NCBI RefSeq assembly: GCF_020745735.1
Contig: NC_083405.1
Location: 58,804,345-58,868,344, forward strand
Direction of reading: 5' to 3'
DNA: 64,000 nucleotides
Origin: Hemiscyllium ocellatum
Taxonomy: Eukaryota
Of the stretch, positions 1-13,380 are shown one piece after another; positions within the stretch are counted from its first letter, which is position 1; every line of letters starts with the position of its first letter. A program made the position numbers and the translations under genes. The notes beneath the pieces are model-generated. The model did not search any database, was not told where the DNA came from, and saw nothing but the letters and a program-made list of their open reading frames with translations.

Positions 1-649
1 TCTTGTGGTGACCTGTAAAGGCATCACCATCAGTTTCTCAGTCCTGATGGAATTCATGTTAGGTTATTGGAGTACAAGGTGACTCTAATGACTGCAAAGC
101 TTCAAAAAGAATTAATTCACTTGCATTCACCGAAGTTAAAAGCGAGCATAAAATCAGCCACTGTGCAAAATCAGACATAAATCAGTATTAATTGACAGTT
201 TTGCAAATAAGGTAAAAAAGGAGATTGATGAGAGGAATGGTAATGGTCATTGCTCTCTGTTAGTGCTTAGGTTGCATTTTAGAAAAAGTGCAAGGTCTTG
301 AGGTAGTCTACATATCTTGCCTGAGAGCAGAATATTTGATTTCCAGGAAGCGTCCCTCATGCTAGCATCCAGTCAAACTGCTTTTCTCCTTTCTTAAATA
401 GCAATCTATGTTATCTATCATTTTAAATGGTAAATTGTAATTTACTGAGTGGGGAGGAGATTTGAGGAATTTACTTGCCTTTCACATTGCTGGCGTTACC
501 ATCTTCTTCTAACCTTTCTTTCCTGTCATCCTGCTGGGTGCAACTACTCTCACCTGGTTCCATTCAGATCTGTTAAACAGCCAGAGAAGCACTGCAACAT
601 ATTCTTTTGCAGCGACACTACCTCCGGTATTGTACAATCAAAGTCAAAC

Positions 650-3460
650 AGCACATAAACAGACCTTTCGGTCCAACCCATCCATGCCGACCAAGTTTCC
701 CAAATGAAACAAGCTCTCTGCAGTTGACCTCTTCCCCTCAAAACTTTGCCTATTCATATAGCTATCCAAATGTCTATTAAATGTTCTAACTACCTGCATC
801 TACATCTTTCCCTAGCAGTTCATTCCACATATGAACCACTGTGTGTGAAACGTTTGCTCCTCAGGTCCCTTTTAAATTTTTCTCCACTCACCTTAAAAAT
901 ATGCCCATGATTTTCAAACACTCCCAACGTATGGAAAAGACCTTTGCTATTCACCTTATCTATGTCCCTCATGATTTTATAAACCTCTATAAGGTCACCC
1001 CTCAACCTCCGATGCACCGGTGAAAAAAGTCCCAGTCTCTCCTTAAAACTCAAACCCTCCAGTCCTGGCAACATCCTGATAAATCTTTTCTGAACCCTCT
1101 CCAATGCAATAATACCCTTCCTTTAGCAGGATGACCAGAACTGTATACAGTACTCCAAAAGTAGCCTTACCAACATCCTGTACATCCGCAATATGACATC
1201 CCAACTCCTATACTTAATGGTTTGAGCAATAGGCAAATATCTAAATGCCTTCTTAACCACTCAATCTACAAACAACTCTACTTTCAAGGAACTATGCACA
1301 TGAATCCCCAGGTCTCTGCTCTACAACACTACCTTGGGCTTTACCATTAACTGTAGATGCCCTTGTTTGTTTTACCAAACTGCAATGCCTCACATTTATC
1401 CAAATTAAACTCCATCTGCCAATTCTCTGCCCACTGGCCCCATTGATCAAAAATCCTTTGTAAGCTTAAATAACCATCTTCACTATTGACTATACAAGTA
1501 AATTTCGGTATTGTCCACAAACTTGCTAACCATGCCTAAATTCTCATCCAAATCATTTATAAGAATGAAAACAAAAGTGAGCCCAGCACAGATCTTTGTG
1601 GAACACCACTAGTCATAGGCCTCCAGTCTGAAAAAACACCATTCACCACCACCCTATGTCTCCTACTGTCTAGCCAATTTTGGATCGAATTGGCAAGGTC
1701 ACCATAAATTCCGTGTGATCTAACTTTACTAATTAGTTTACCATGCGGAAACTTATCCAAGGCTTTACTGAAGTTTATGTAGACAATGTCTACATGCTCT
1801 GCCCTCCATCTTTTTGGTCACATCCTCAAAAAACTCAATCAAAATGCGAGGCACGATTTCCCACACACAAAGCCATGTTGACTATCCCTGATTAGTCTTT
1901 GCCTCTCCAAAAGTACGTAAATCCTATCTCTCAGAATCCCCTCGAACAACTGCTCACCACTGATGTCTGACTCACCGGTTTATAGTTCCGAGGCTTCTCC
2001 TTACAGCCTTTCTTTAATAAAGGCATAACATTAGCCACCCTCCAGTCCTTCGGCACCTCACTCATGGCTCTAGATGATACAAATATTTCTGCAAGGGGCC
2101 CTGCAATTTCTTCCTTAATTTGCTCCAAAATCCTGAGATACACTTGATCAGATCCCATAGATTTATCCACTTTTACGTTTTTTAAGAGGCACCACCTCTC
2201 CCGTAACGTGGACTGTTTTCAAGACATCAATATTTATTTCCCACAGTTCCCTAGCCTGCATTTTCTTCTCCACAGTAAAAAGCGATTCAAACTATTCATT
2301 TAGTATCTTTCCCATCTCCCGTGTTCCATACATAGCCAACCATGTTGATCTTTAAGGTCCCTGTTTTCCTTGCTCTTAACATATTTGTAGAATCTCTTTG
2401 GATTAGCCTTAACCTTATCTGTGAAGGTTCATGTCCCCATTTTGACCCTCTGATTTCCCCTGTAAGAAAGCCCCTGCAGCCTTATACTCTTCAAGAGATT
2501 CACTTGATGCCAGTTAAATATACCTAATATATGACTCCACCTTATTCTCGACCAGAGCCTCAATATCTTTATTTATCCATTGTTCCCTCCTTACCAGCCT
2601 TATCCTTCATTCTACCAGGAACATACTATCTTTAAACTCTCATCATGTTATCTTTGAAAGCCTCCCACTTGCCTGTTTACCTGTGAACAGATTATTTCAA
2701 TCAAATTTTGACAGTTCCTGTCTTATACTGTCAAAACCTGCCTTACTTCAATTATGAACTTTAATCTTTATACAAGACCTATCCTTTTCTATAACTACTT
2801 TAAAACTAACAGAATTATGATCACTGGTCCCAAAGTGCTCCACCACTAAGGCTTTGGTCAGTTGTTCTGCCTTATTCCCCAAGAAAAGGCCAGGTTTTGC
2901 TCCTTTTCCAGTAGGTACAGGTACATATTGATAAAGAAAATTTCCTGAAACACATGAACAAATTCCTCACCATCCCAGCCCTTAATACTATGGATGTCCC
3001 AGTTTATGTTTGGAAAGTTTAAAATTCCCTACAAATTACAACCCTACTATTCTTACATACATCGGAGATCTCTCTACATATTTACTCCTCAATTTTCCAC
3101 TGACTATTGGGGAGCCTATAGCTCAATCTCATCAAGGTGATCATGCCCTTATTTTGGCTTTCCACCCGTATAGCTTGATTGGATGATCTCTCAGATGTAA
3201 CCTAAACACTGCAGCAACATTTTCTTCAATTAAATCGTCACTCCTCCTCTTCTCTTGCCTCCTTTGGTCTCCTTCTTACAGCTTCTAAACTTCAAAACAT
3301 TGAACTGCTAGTCATGTCCCTCCCTCAGCCATGTTTCTCTAATTGTTATGATATCCCAGTCCCATGTTCCCATTCATGCCCTGAATTCATCTGCCTTACT
3401 TGTAGGACTCGCTGCATTTAAATAAATGTAGTTTAATTCTTCACAGTTGCCTGATTTGCT
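650..3460 (-). mobile_element. Decayed CR1/HER1 LINE (ORF2: endonuclease, RT, 3' tail)
   Basis: Frameshifted pieces ERVQKRFIRMLPGL...RGDLIEVYKIM, SGVPQRSVLG and DWRVANVMPLLKKG..NYKPVS; 3' tail near 650-700. Confidence 0.88.
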
Positions 3461-3539
3461 CTGGCCTGCCTTTTGTAACTAACTTGCTCTTTTTAAATTC
3501 AGAACCAACCTCATGTCTATTTTCACTACTACTTAGGAT

Positions 3540-3770
3540 GCACACCCAGACCCCCTCCACATGCTCCCCCACCATCAACACCCCTCTCCATCCCCACCCC
3601 TGTTATTCCAAAATCCCCCACTCCCTCCACACCCCTCTCCCCTTCCAGCGCTCAGCACCCCCACACCTCTCCATCTATAACTCCACCTCCCCTCCACACT
3701 CTCCCTCACCCCCCCTCTCCCCCTTCACACAACCCCCTACCCCAATCTCCACCCCCTCCCCCAACCCAAT
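3540..3770. repeat. C-rich low-complexity tract
   Basis: Degenerate (acccctctcc)-like units; the Pro-rich ORF 3484..3882 is an artefact of this tract. Confidence 0.8.
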
Positions 3771-3859
3771 TCTGGCCTTCTATACTAAAACCGTCTTCAC
3801 TTCCTATTCATGCATTCATTTAGGTAAATGTTGCTATTGTGTCTGCTTGAAATACAGGA

Positions 3860-5760
3860 TATCAGTCACCTTTGTTTTTTGATATCTAGGCCCTTACTGA
3901 CTTTCTCCATTGCGAGTACAGATGAAAAGTACACATTTAAAACATCAGATTAGTTTTATTATTCCACACACAAATTTGTCCTTTGGCCATACATTTTCCC
4001 CGTTTATTCTTTTGCCTGAAAACACACAGATAAAACACCTTTGGATTGTCCTTGATGCCACCCACCAGTGTTTTTTCATATGTCACCTCTTTGCTTTCCT
4101 AATTTATTTTTTAAGCGACTCCCTACAATTTCTATACCCAAGGGCAATTGCTATTTTGGTATCTACCATAAGCTTCCTTTGGTTTCTTATCCAATCCTGC
4201 CCATTCTTTGACATCCAGGACCCCCCGTACTGGTTGGTCCTATTCATCACCTATATTGGAACATGTTAGCCTTGCTCTCACGACAATCCTTTTGAACTAC
4301 TCCAATACTCTAATATGGATTTTCCTGAAGTAGTTGCTTCCAATTCACTTTAGCCTGATCCTGCCTTCTCTTATTAAAATTGGCGATCCCTCAATTCAGA
4401 GCCTGTATTTTCGATTCTTTGCCTTTCTCCATATTTACTTGAAATATTACTGAATTATGGTTACTATCACAGAAATGCTCTGCCACTGACACATCTATCA
4501 CTTGCCCAGCTTCACTCCTGACATTTGTATCCAACACCATCCATTCTCTTGTAGGACCTTTCTACAAGCTGATTTACAAAGCTGACCTGGACACATCTTA
4601 AGAATTCTGCCTTGTCTAAGATTTTCACACTTTAGCTATCTCAGTTGATATTTCTGACTATTATTTATCTGTTATTTTTATATTTCTAAGATTTGATGGT
4701 ACGTCTGTCTTTTTATCTCTCCCCGACTGTTTAGAGGTGGATAGTACATCCTCTGCAAATTGACTGCCGCTTTTTGCTTTAAGTTCCACCCAAATGGCAT
4801 CATTTGAGGAATGCAAGACATCTTCAATACTTAATGTTGCAATTGACTCCTCGTTCAATATTGCAATACAACTTCCGCTTTTACAGCGTCGTGCCTAAAG
4901 ATTGTAGACCCCGGAATATTGAGATACCAGTCCATTTCCCTCCGTCAACCATGGCTCTATGATATCACATCCCAAATGCATGAATCATCACCCTCAACTA
5001 ATCTTCCCTACTTACAAGACTCACTGCATTAAAATAAGTACCACCCAGCACTGCCCTGCTCCCATGTGCCTTAACGTGGCCACATTAACACTTACTTCTC
5101 AACTGCTTTGGTTCTTCTATACATGTCTGTGCATTACCCCCTACTGTAATTCCACACTGCACCTAATCCCCTGCCAAATTAATTTTATATCCACCACGTA
5201 AGGATGTGGTCCTATTCCGGTTCGGGTGCAACACATCGGACTTGTATAGGTCCCACCTTCCCCAGAAATGGACCCAGTGATCAAGGGATCTGAAGCCCTC
5301 CCTCCTGATTCAAACTCTTCAAACATGCAATTATTCTGTTCACCTATTCCTATATTCACCAGCATTTTGGTACCAGGAGTAATCCAGAGCTTACAACCTT
5401 TAAGTCCTGCATTTTAATCTGCTACCTTGCTCCCTAAAATCTTGGCTGCAGGATCTCATCACTCCTTCTACTCATGTCATTGACCCCACTGTGAACCACA
5501 TCCTCTGATTGTTTGCGCTCACCCCCTCCCCAGAATGCCCTGCAGCCAGTGATACATCCTAAAGTCACATCTGCAGGGGCAGAAGGAATCTTGGCTGGTT
5601 GTCCCAGACTCCAACACATCATTTTCCAACGTAGAAAACTTGTTCTTGAGTGAAATGCTGTCTAAAGGCTTCCTGAGTACCTGTCTGCCACCATTCCTCT
5701 GACTGAGGAATGCACTCCCTCTCTGACTGTAATTCCTTAAACTTTTAATATCCACATCTA
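3860..5760 (-). mobile_element. Older CR1 fragment: ORF2 endonuclease region plus ORF1 esterase remnant
   Basis: IWVELK (APE endonuclease region); VVHSGVNDMSRRSDEIL and ISLKNKFSTLE resemble the ORF1 at 17.3-18.0 kb. Confidence 0.7.
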
Positions 5761-6513
5761 AAGATATGCTTTGCACATCATTATATTTGATGTGATTCAG
5801 TTCTGACCTTTAGAATTTGCTCCCTATGCTTCTTTACTTCTCAACAATTAGGGCTTCAGGTATCTGACATAATGTTTCTTTAAATGGCTTGTAACATTCT
5901 TTGGCTTGAAGTATTTTTTTTGTTCTGTGAGATGCTATACTACATTAAAGGAGGCATTTAAATACATGCTAAATTTGTTCACTGTTGAATACCCAACAAA
6001 CTAGTATTCGTAGATAATCCTCACCTTTGAAAGTTGGGGGTGCAGAAAATTTTGAAGGTGCAAATTTGTTTAATTTTATGAGGGGGTTTGAGTATGTTCT
6101 ATATGTCTAGAGTTGTGAAGCCTTTTGGTTGCATAACTAGTTTGCATATGATTACACACCTTTTTGGGAGAAAATGCAGATGGAACAACAGACCTTTACC
6201 TGGAACAATGACAGAATGCAGGCGGCCAACACAACAGATTCGGATAAAACACAAAATATCTAATCCACTCAACTCAGCAGTTTGCAGTCATTTGAGTTGA
6301 CCACTAATTTCAATGTCTTTTTTTAAAAAAAAATGAACAAAAGGATTATCCAATTTCCAAAAACTGTATCATTTGCAACACCATGTTAAAATGTACAAAG
6401 CATCAGGAAGTTTCCAAACATTCAAGTCCACAAAATAAATAAATGCCATTAAGTGAATCAAATGATCAAGGATTTTTAAAAATATAAATACCATAAAATT
6501 GAAATGTATTTAC

Positions 6514-6612
6514 CTGGGTTTTTCCCAGCAATCTGTAAGCAAGTTGGACCTTGGTATAATGACCGACTTCAAAGTGCTTGCAGGTTTTTGACAGTGCAAC
6601 ATCTAACTGTTC
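6514..6612 (-). CDS. VPS50: VPS50 exon, 99 bp (last exon seen; gene continues beyond position 1)
   Basis: [33 protein letters not shown]; acceptor tctAG, donor GTaaat. Confidence 0.96.
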
Positions 6613-7529
6613 CTAGATTTTAAAAACAGTAATACTGAAGTTCAATGAAATAATAATCAGCCAAGTTGTAGATCAATGAGTATTTTTATTTTCAATTATG
6701 AAATTCAAAAAATATTTGGACAAAAATTTGAATTTAGCTTTCAACTGACTGAATAAAGTTTAAACTTGATTGAACTGAGCTTTCAGTTATATTGTCTAAA
6801 AGGATAGGAAAGACAAAATAAAATAGATGTGACAATGTTGCAAATATTTATCATCCACCAACAAGCATTTCTGCTGAATTCCAAATCATAATCAATGGAC
6901 AATAGCATTTGAATTTCAGTTCAAGAATAGTTTCAAAGTTAATGTGATTCTTTGAAGCATTATTTTTAAATGCTCGTTTCAGAAAGTTAATAAAAACACC
7001 AATGAGCAAATGTACCAAGTATTCAGATGAAATCACAAGTCGGGACCATCTTATAGTCATATCTCAAATTGGTCAATGGTACACACTGGAACAACTAATT
7101 ATTAAAGCAAATGTAATATAAAATGATAGCTTCTGCTAAAGTCTTATCAAACTCCTTCTACTGAGACATAGTGAAATCAGAGATTTAGTTTGCACTTTTG
7201 AAAATGATCATTCAGTAACCTTCACTGGTGAAGTAAACAAAATAATTAATTACTGCCAAATTTGAGTAATATCAGAATCAGCAATGCTTCATTTTGAAAG
7301 TGGAACAGGGGAATGTAAGCTATAAAACCATTTGCCAACATAGTATTGTGAGATACCAAATTCCAAAAGTGATAAAATTAAGCTTGGATGGTGTCTGGTT
7401 TACAAAAATATTTTAAACGTTTAAATGATCAACATGAATTTATGAATATTTACAACATTTGGAAAATAGCTTGTTTTCTACAGTCATTTCATAAACCTTA
7501 ATTTAAAATATTTTATATAAAATCCCTAC

Positions 7530-7572
7530 CTCTATTTGTTCCAATGTATCTTGTAATTTTGAATTCAGTTCA
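7530..7572 (-). CDS. VPS50: VPS50 exon, 43 bp
   Basis: (S)ELNSKLQDTLEQIE; acceptor tttAG, donor GTaggg. Confidence 0.95.
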
Positions 7573-7829
7573 CTAAAAAGAAATCAAAAATGTTAGCTCT
7601 TCTTCATGGCCTAATAAAATCACAAATGCCAAAGTCATCTCAATCTGATGATTAAATGGAATTACAAACACTATTAAGAAAGGTAATTAGCCATAGTCCA
7701 TGGATTCCATAGGCATCTCTTCCAATAGCAAGATGCAATTGATTATGAAACTTGAGGGGCAGACCTCAGCATCAAATATAGAGAAGGGCAAGGAGATCAC
7801 AGGCCAATATAGGAATTGAATCTATGTTT

Positions 7830-9050
7830 TTAAGCTATGGGAACAGAAATGGGGAATTTAGCCCACAAGTCCATGCCGGTACTATGCTCCAAATATGCCT
7901 TTTCCCACCTTATCTTATCTAAAGATATCACCCAAACCCCCAAAGCCCTTCTCATTCATAGGTTTGATTAGCTTCCCTAAAAAAATCAAAACTATCTGAT
8001 TCAACCATTTCTTATGAATATTACTTGCATATTTTTACTCTTTGAAATTCTCAATTGGATTTCTTGACAGCTTATAAACATGGCCTCTGGATATGTTCTT
8101 TTCCCAGAAGAGGAACATTTACCTTGTATCCGCTCTCAAAACTGCTCAATTTAAAGGTCTTTCGGAGGTCACCCCTTAACATTCTTTTTCCCCTAAAAGA
8201 GGTCCCAGCCTTTAAATTATTCCATGATATGAATACATATTCATTTCCACCATCTGCCTTGTAAATCTTCTCTGGAATCTGTAAAGTGCTTTCATATCAC
8301 TTTTATAGTATGGTGATCAGAACGGCAAACAGTACTCTTAGGTGTGGTCTAACGAAGGTTCGATACAGATTCAGTGTAACATCCTACTACTTAATTTCAT
8401 TCCTCTAGAAATAAATCCTCAAGCTTGATTTGCGTTTAACAACATGCCAACCTGCAGTGCAACTTATGGATACTTTCACTCTGAACCCCTGTTGGTCCTT
8501 TACCCCACCTACACTTTCACCTTTCAAGTAATAGGAGACGTTTCTATTTTTTGTATCAGAATTTGTCAATGGTGGACAAATAATTGGGAAACTAAATCCA
8601 TGTACTCCAGTAATGTGTTGCAATTCTTATAGATACGGACTATCCGCCTCAATTTGGTGTCACCTGCAAACTTAGAAATTGTGTTTTGAATACAAATTCC
8701 AAATTGATCATGTAAATTAAGCACAGCAGTGGTCTTAGCACTCATGTTTGTGCAGTACAATTTCCTCCTCTAATCATTCAAAAAACCACCCATTATTGCA
8801 ATCCAATCCCTTCGGTCTTAAAGCCAGGGAATAACCTATTGTGGTATTTGCATCCTGATAACAAATTACCTGAGTTTATTCAGTAGTCTACTATCGGGAA
8901 ACTTAACAAAGGACTTTTGAGAATCTACATAAATTATATCGACTATATGAATACATTGTTGCATCTTCCAAAAATGGAATAAGATCAAATAAGCTATTCC
9001 TTTTAGAAATTCATCCCGACTGTTCATTATATCTTCAATGAAGAAGTCAT
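7830..9050 (-). mobile_element. Highly decayed CR1 RT/3' fragment
   Basis: ISKFAGDTKL motif and CR1-like downstream sequence. Confidence 0.65.
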
Positions 9051-10974
9051 CTATTCTCTCCTTTTGTTAGGGTTCCTTATTTCCCGATCACAAACATTCA
9101 GTTGACGAATGTAAAATTTAACAGGCCTGTTCAGCATGCCTCCCAACATACTCCTTAATACAGAAATATTAGAAGTCAGTCTTCTGATTCTACACTGTTA
9201 TCCAACAAACAATTACTGTTTGCAGTAACGTCTTTGCTATTTCTTCACTGCTTTCGTTGAACAGACATGGATGCAGTCCATTTGGATTGGAGATCTCATC
9301 CTCTCAAAGCTTGATTAGCGTTTTCAAGACATCATCTTTCTAAAAAAAGTTCTCATTATTTATGTCAGCATTCAATTATATATCTACCTGCGCTATTATC
9401 CCAGAAAATATTAAAGCATAAGAATTATTTCATAATTCTGCATTCTCAATTGTTACTCAAAGTTTATAGGATCTATCTCTTAATGGCCCTATTCCAATCA
9501 GAGCTTTTTCTTTTATAAAGCGATATGCCTATAAAATATTTTATGATGTTGTTTTAAGACCCTTGATAATATCCTCTTTTGGTTCCTCTTTTCTTTACTT
9601 CTCATTTAAAGTCTTTATATTGTCCCATTTGTTTTCCTAAATTCCATGCTCAGCTCTTAAAAATCAGCTTTTCCTTCACCAATATCTTGGTCTTTGCCAT
9701 ACTTATTTCCTTCTCTATTATCATCCTAAATCATATTATGAAGCCTGGATGTTCCCATGCTTTTACTTCCCTTGTATGCTCTGCTTCTTTGTCCATTACT
9801 GGATCCAATACCGCATCTTCCCTTGTTCAGTATTTTACATGTTAGATTAAAAAGGAGACCAAAGAGTAACACAATGTGGGAAACCTTTTACCTATAACTT
9901 CTGTTCAGGTAAAGTTCAGATAGTTGAAATTCTACTTGTTTGTCTGGTTTACATTTAGATTGTTTCCAATTCTTGCGGTTCCTTCCCCTAAATGGATCTT
10001 ACCCAATGGCACTCCCTCATCCATGACACTGGAAGACTAATGTAAGCTCATCACAAACTTCTAAAATGTTTGGCCTGGATTTCAGACTGAGCAATGAAAC
10101 GGTCATGCCTGTTGTTGATCTCAAAGAAAAAAATATTTTCACAACTATGTAGCATAAAACCAAGGAGCTCTCAAAGCAATGTGGTTGTCAAGATGGCCAA
10201 GTAACTCGTCACATGATTCTTATAGCTAACAAACATGAAGTAAAACACATTGTTTTTCATTTCTTCTCAAGTTTTACATTGAAATAAGTGATTGAGACAT
10301 ACACATGATTAAGATAGAACCTGTATCATCATAGTCAAACATTCAAACAGAAAGTTCACATTTTACAAGTAATTAAAAAAAATTCACAAATGCAATATTT
10401 TCAGGGAGTAATTATGAACTGGGAAGTTAAAAATCCAGTTAAACATCCTTCAACAAGGTGACACCTTTTTACAAAATAAGTTTTTAACAGCAAGACTGAT
10501 ACTTGACTATAATCTAGTGACAGTTCACCAGCAAGTGTTCAAGGATATCTCCATTTTAATGGTCATGTGGAGATGTTACTGTCAGTTTCAGAACGGTAAT
10601 AAAGGCAAATATCATTATTATTGCAAAATCTGGGTGATTAGAAAATATGAAGGCAACAGAAGACTGTTGTAAATAAACCATTGAAATATATTGGCTTGCA
10701 AAACATTTTACATCTATTTGATCCATGAGACAAAACACATAGGTTAAGTCCCTTTAATACTTTCCAACAATATAATCAATCTTTCCTGTAGTTATGCTAA
10801 TTGTTAGTCATTCTTCTTCAATTTACTAAATAATTTATTACAAAATGATTTTGACAAAACTGGTTGCTGTAATAAGTATTAAAAGGCATGATGTTTCAAC
10901 AAGCCTGAAAGCGAGGCTGTAAAAATGAATTCCCTCACCTACAATCTTTTAAAAGTCATAATGTGATACTAATT

Positions 10975-11275
10975 CAGTGATTTTTAATTTACTTGCTCAT
11001 GGCATACAGGCATTACGGTCATTCCTAATTGTCCTTGAGAAGCTTGTGGTGATCACTTGCTTGAGCCATTGCAGTCCCCATGGTATAAGTACACCCAACT
11101 ATGTTGTTATGAAGAAAGTCCAGGACTTTGACCCAGCAACAGTAAAGGAACAGCAATATCCCTGTTAGGATAGTGTGCGGCATGAAGAGGAAGCTGTTCT
11201 CTTCCATCCACTGCTATTTGTACTTGGAGATGGGAAAGCCTGCAGGCTTGGCAGATGCTATCAAAGGTGCCTCAT
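10975..11275 (-). mobile_element. 3' end of a second CR1-like LINE family (another copy at about 48220-49200)
   Basis: Shared motifs cctaattg.cc.ttgagaag, tgcagtcc and ccagga.ttt.acccagc between the two loci. Confidence 0.55.
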
Positions 11276-12189
11276 ACAAATCTCTCTCAAAAGTTAAACT
11301 CCTATTAGAGTATTATGATTGATTAACATACGTTTCGAAGTTGAACAAATTCCCTCAGCATAAAGATTCAACATTACCAGCTTGTTTAGCACATTTTTCA
11401 TGTCATTGATGGTCTTAAGATAGAATGTGATATGTGCAGACTGCCATAAAAAAAAACCTGAATGTCCTCTAGACGAAAATTACAATCAGTTATATTTTGG
11501 GATGCTTCTTAAATTAGCAACTTAATTTGTTTCAAACATTCAGGATCATTTCTACAAACTGGTGTCTTCGCTGTCTTCAGTGTTAAATAACAATCAAGTC
11601 CTGGCTCAATTCTGAGCAGGATATTCACAAAACAATGTGCTACAGATTATGATAAATCTTAAAAATACACAAACACAGACACATTTGGCAAAACCAATTT
11701 GATGTTTAGACAAATGAAAGTATCAGTCAACTATGATCTATAATCTGACTGCTGTTGAATTTCTGTTGCTTTGATTTATGTAACCCCTGACCCCATGTGA
11801 TTTACTAATTAGTCTGACATATGTCATGCTACATTCAAAGATTTATACAAATGCGCCCCCAGGTCCCTCGATCCCTTTGCACTATCCTTCCATGGCTATT
11901 AGCAACAATATGTCAAATAAGAAAATTTGAATGCAAGAGAATAACAAACTCATAATTAGAGGAGAAAAAGCTAGTAATTTAAATTTTAAAAGGAAGCTTT
12001 TTTCCAAGTGGATTCAGAGATTTTCTTTGTTTTTCTTGACAAAGAGAAAACCTGGCTAACATATTAATAAGCTCACTTAATAAATGATAAAACATTTGCA
12101 TAACGACAGTCTATGTTCCTCTTATCTTTGTTTTCTTTTGCATGGACCTGTGAGATACAGAGACCCTCTGAGCAGCTGCACAGCTTAGA

Positions 12190-12700
12190 GGGAACATTTG
12201 ATGACAATTTGCAAGGATTAAGACGGTAAAACAATCCTGAGCATCCAGATGCCTGCTACTTCAACAAACCACTGTGCTCCCATGTCAACATTTTGACTCA
12301 GGCCTGCAACAGCGTTCCAGCAAGACTCAATGCAAGCTGGACGAATAATAACTCATCTTCTGCCTGGGTACAGTACAGTCATCAGAACTCAGCGTTGAGT
12401 TTAACAAGCTCAGAGCATGAACACATCCTTCCACGTCTACTACCAACCCTCACGTAGCTAGCTTCTCTTCTCCCCGGCTTACAATTCACTCGTCTGCCTG
12501 GCTATCTTTTCTTCTTCCTCTCTCTCTATGCTGTCTTCACTCATCCACTCACTCACTCCCCTCATCACCACCAGCACAAATACCACCTCTTCCTAAATAC
12601 TTTTAGTTCGGTGGGAGGGGGGGGGGGGGTCACTGGACTCATTGTTACCTGTTTTCTCTCCACAGATGTTGCCAGACCTACTGAGTTTCACCAGTAATTT
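12190..12700 (+). mobile_element. Penelope-like remnant (GIY-YIG C-terminus plus tail)
   Basis: Degenerate P..C.FN...CS and LIF.LGT motifs; tail ttctctccacagatgttgccagacct shared with the hammerhead elements at 51.2 and 52.8 kb. Confidence 0.6.
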
Positions 12701-12862
12701 TAGATTACATTAGATTAGATTAGATTACTTACAGTATGGAAACAGGCCCTTCAGCCCAACAAGTCCACACCGACCCGCCGAAGCGCAACCCACCCATACC
12801 CCTAACCTAACACTACGGGCAATTTAGCATGGCCAATTCATCTAACCCGCACATCTTTGGTT
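12701..12862 (-). mobile_element. HE1-type SINE, 5'-truncated, with (gatta)n tail
   Basis: ggcaatttagcatggccaattca core and gaaacaggcccttc..cccaacaagtccacacc tail, as in the full copy at 41.5 kb. Confidence 0.8.
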
Positions 12863-13189
12863 CTGCCATCACATTGGTACTGAAACTCATGAACCATCAT
12901 TACTTATTTGTGTGATAGGCAGAACATCTTTTTGGCCTGACAGCGGCATCCTGTAAGTGGCAGACACCACCCGTGTTACACTCGTACAGAAGGAGCTTGA
13001 AACAACTAGGTTAACCTGTTACTCAAACTTCAGGGTAAATGGGAGGTAAACATTTTAGGATTAAAAAAAAGTGACAACTTATGCTCATTCTTGAATTTAC
13101 ATAATGTACAGTGAGAAATGAACAAACCAGGATGGCAAAGTGACCAGACCAAAGATAGCTATTATCGCAAAGGAAGGTGAAGACATAGA

Positions 13190-13380
13190 AACAGAGTTGA
13201 TAAAGTGTGATGCTGGAAAAAGCACAGCAGATCAGGCAGCTACTGAGGAGCAAGAGTTGACATTTTTGCACCGTGGAGAGGGAAGGGAGCTGAGAAATAA
13301 AAAGAGGGGTGTGGCGCTAGGGGAAAGGGGATGGGGCGAGGGGAAAGGTTATTGAGATGGTGACAGAAGCATACAAGGCT
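13190..13380 (-). mobile_element. PLE tail fragment (family B)
   Basis: gctggaaaaagcacagcagatcaggcagc matches the left arm of the palindrome at 49739. Confidence 0.6.

Noticed and set aside
3484-3882. Proline-rich 132-aa ORF
   Set aside because: It is a translation of the C-rich low-complexity tract.
1-6513. Next VPS50 exon (TAMDQLHMHF...) or a nested gene
   Set aside because: No matching coding sequence was found by eye; the region is CR1 debris, so the exon is presumably outside the window.
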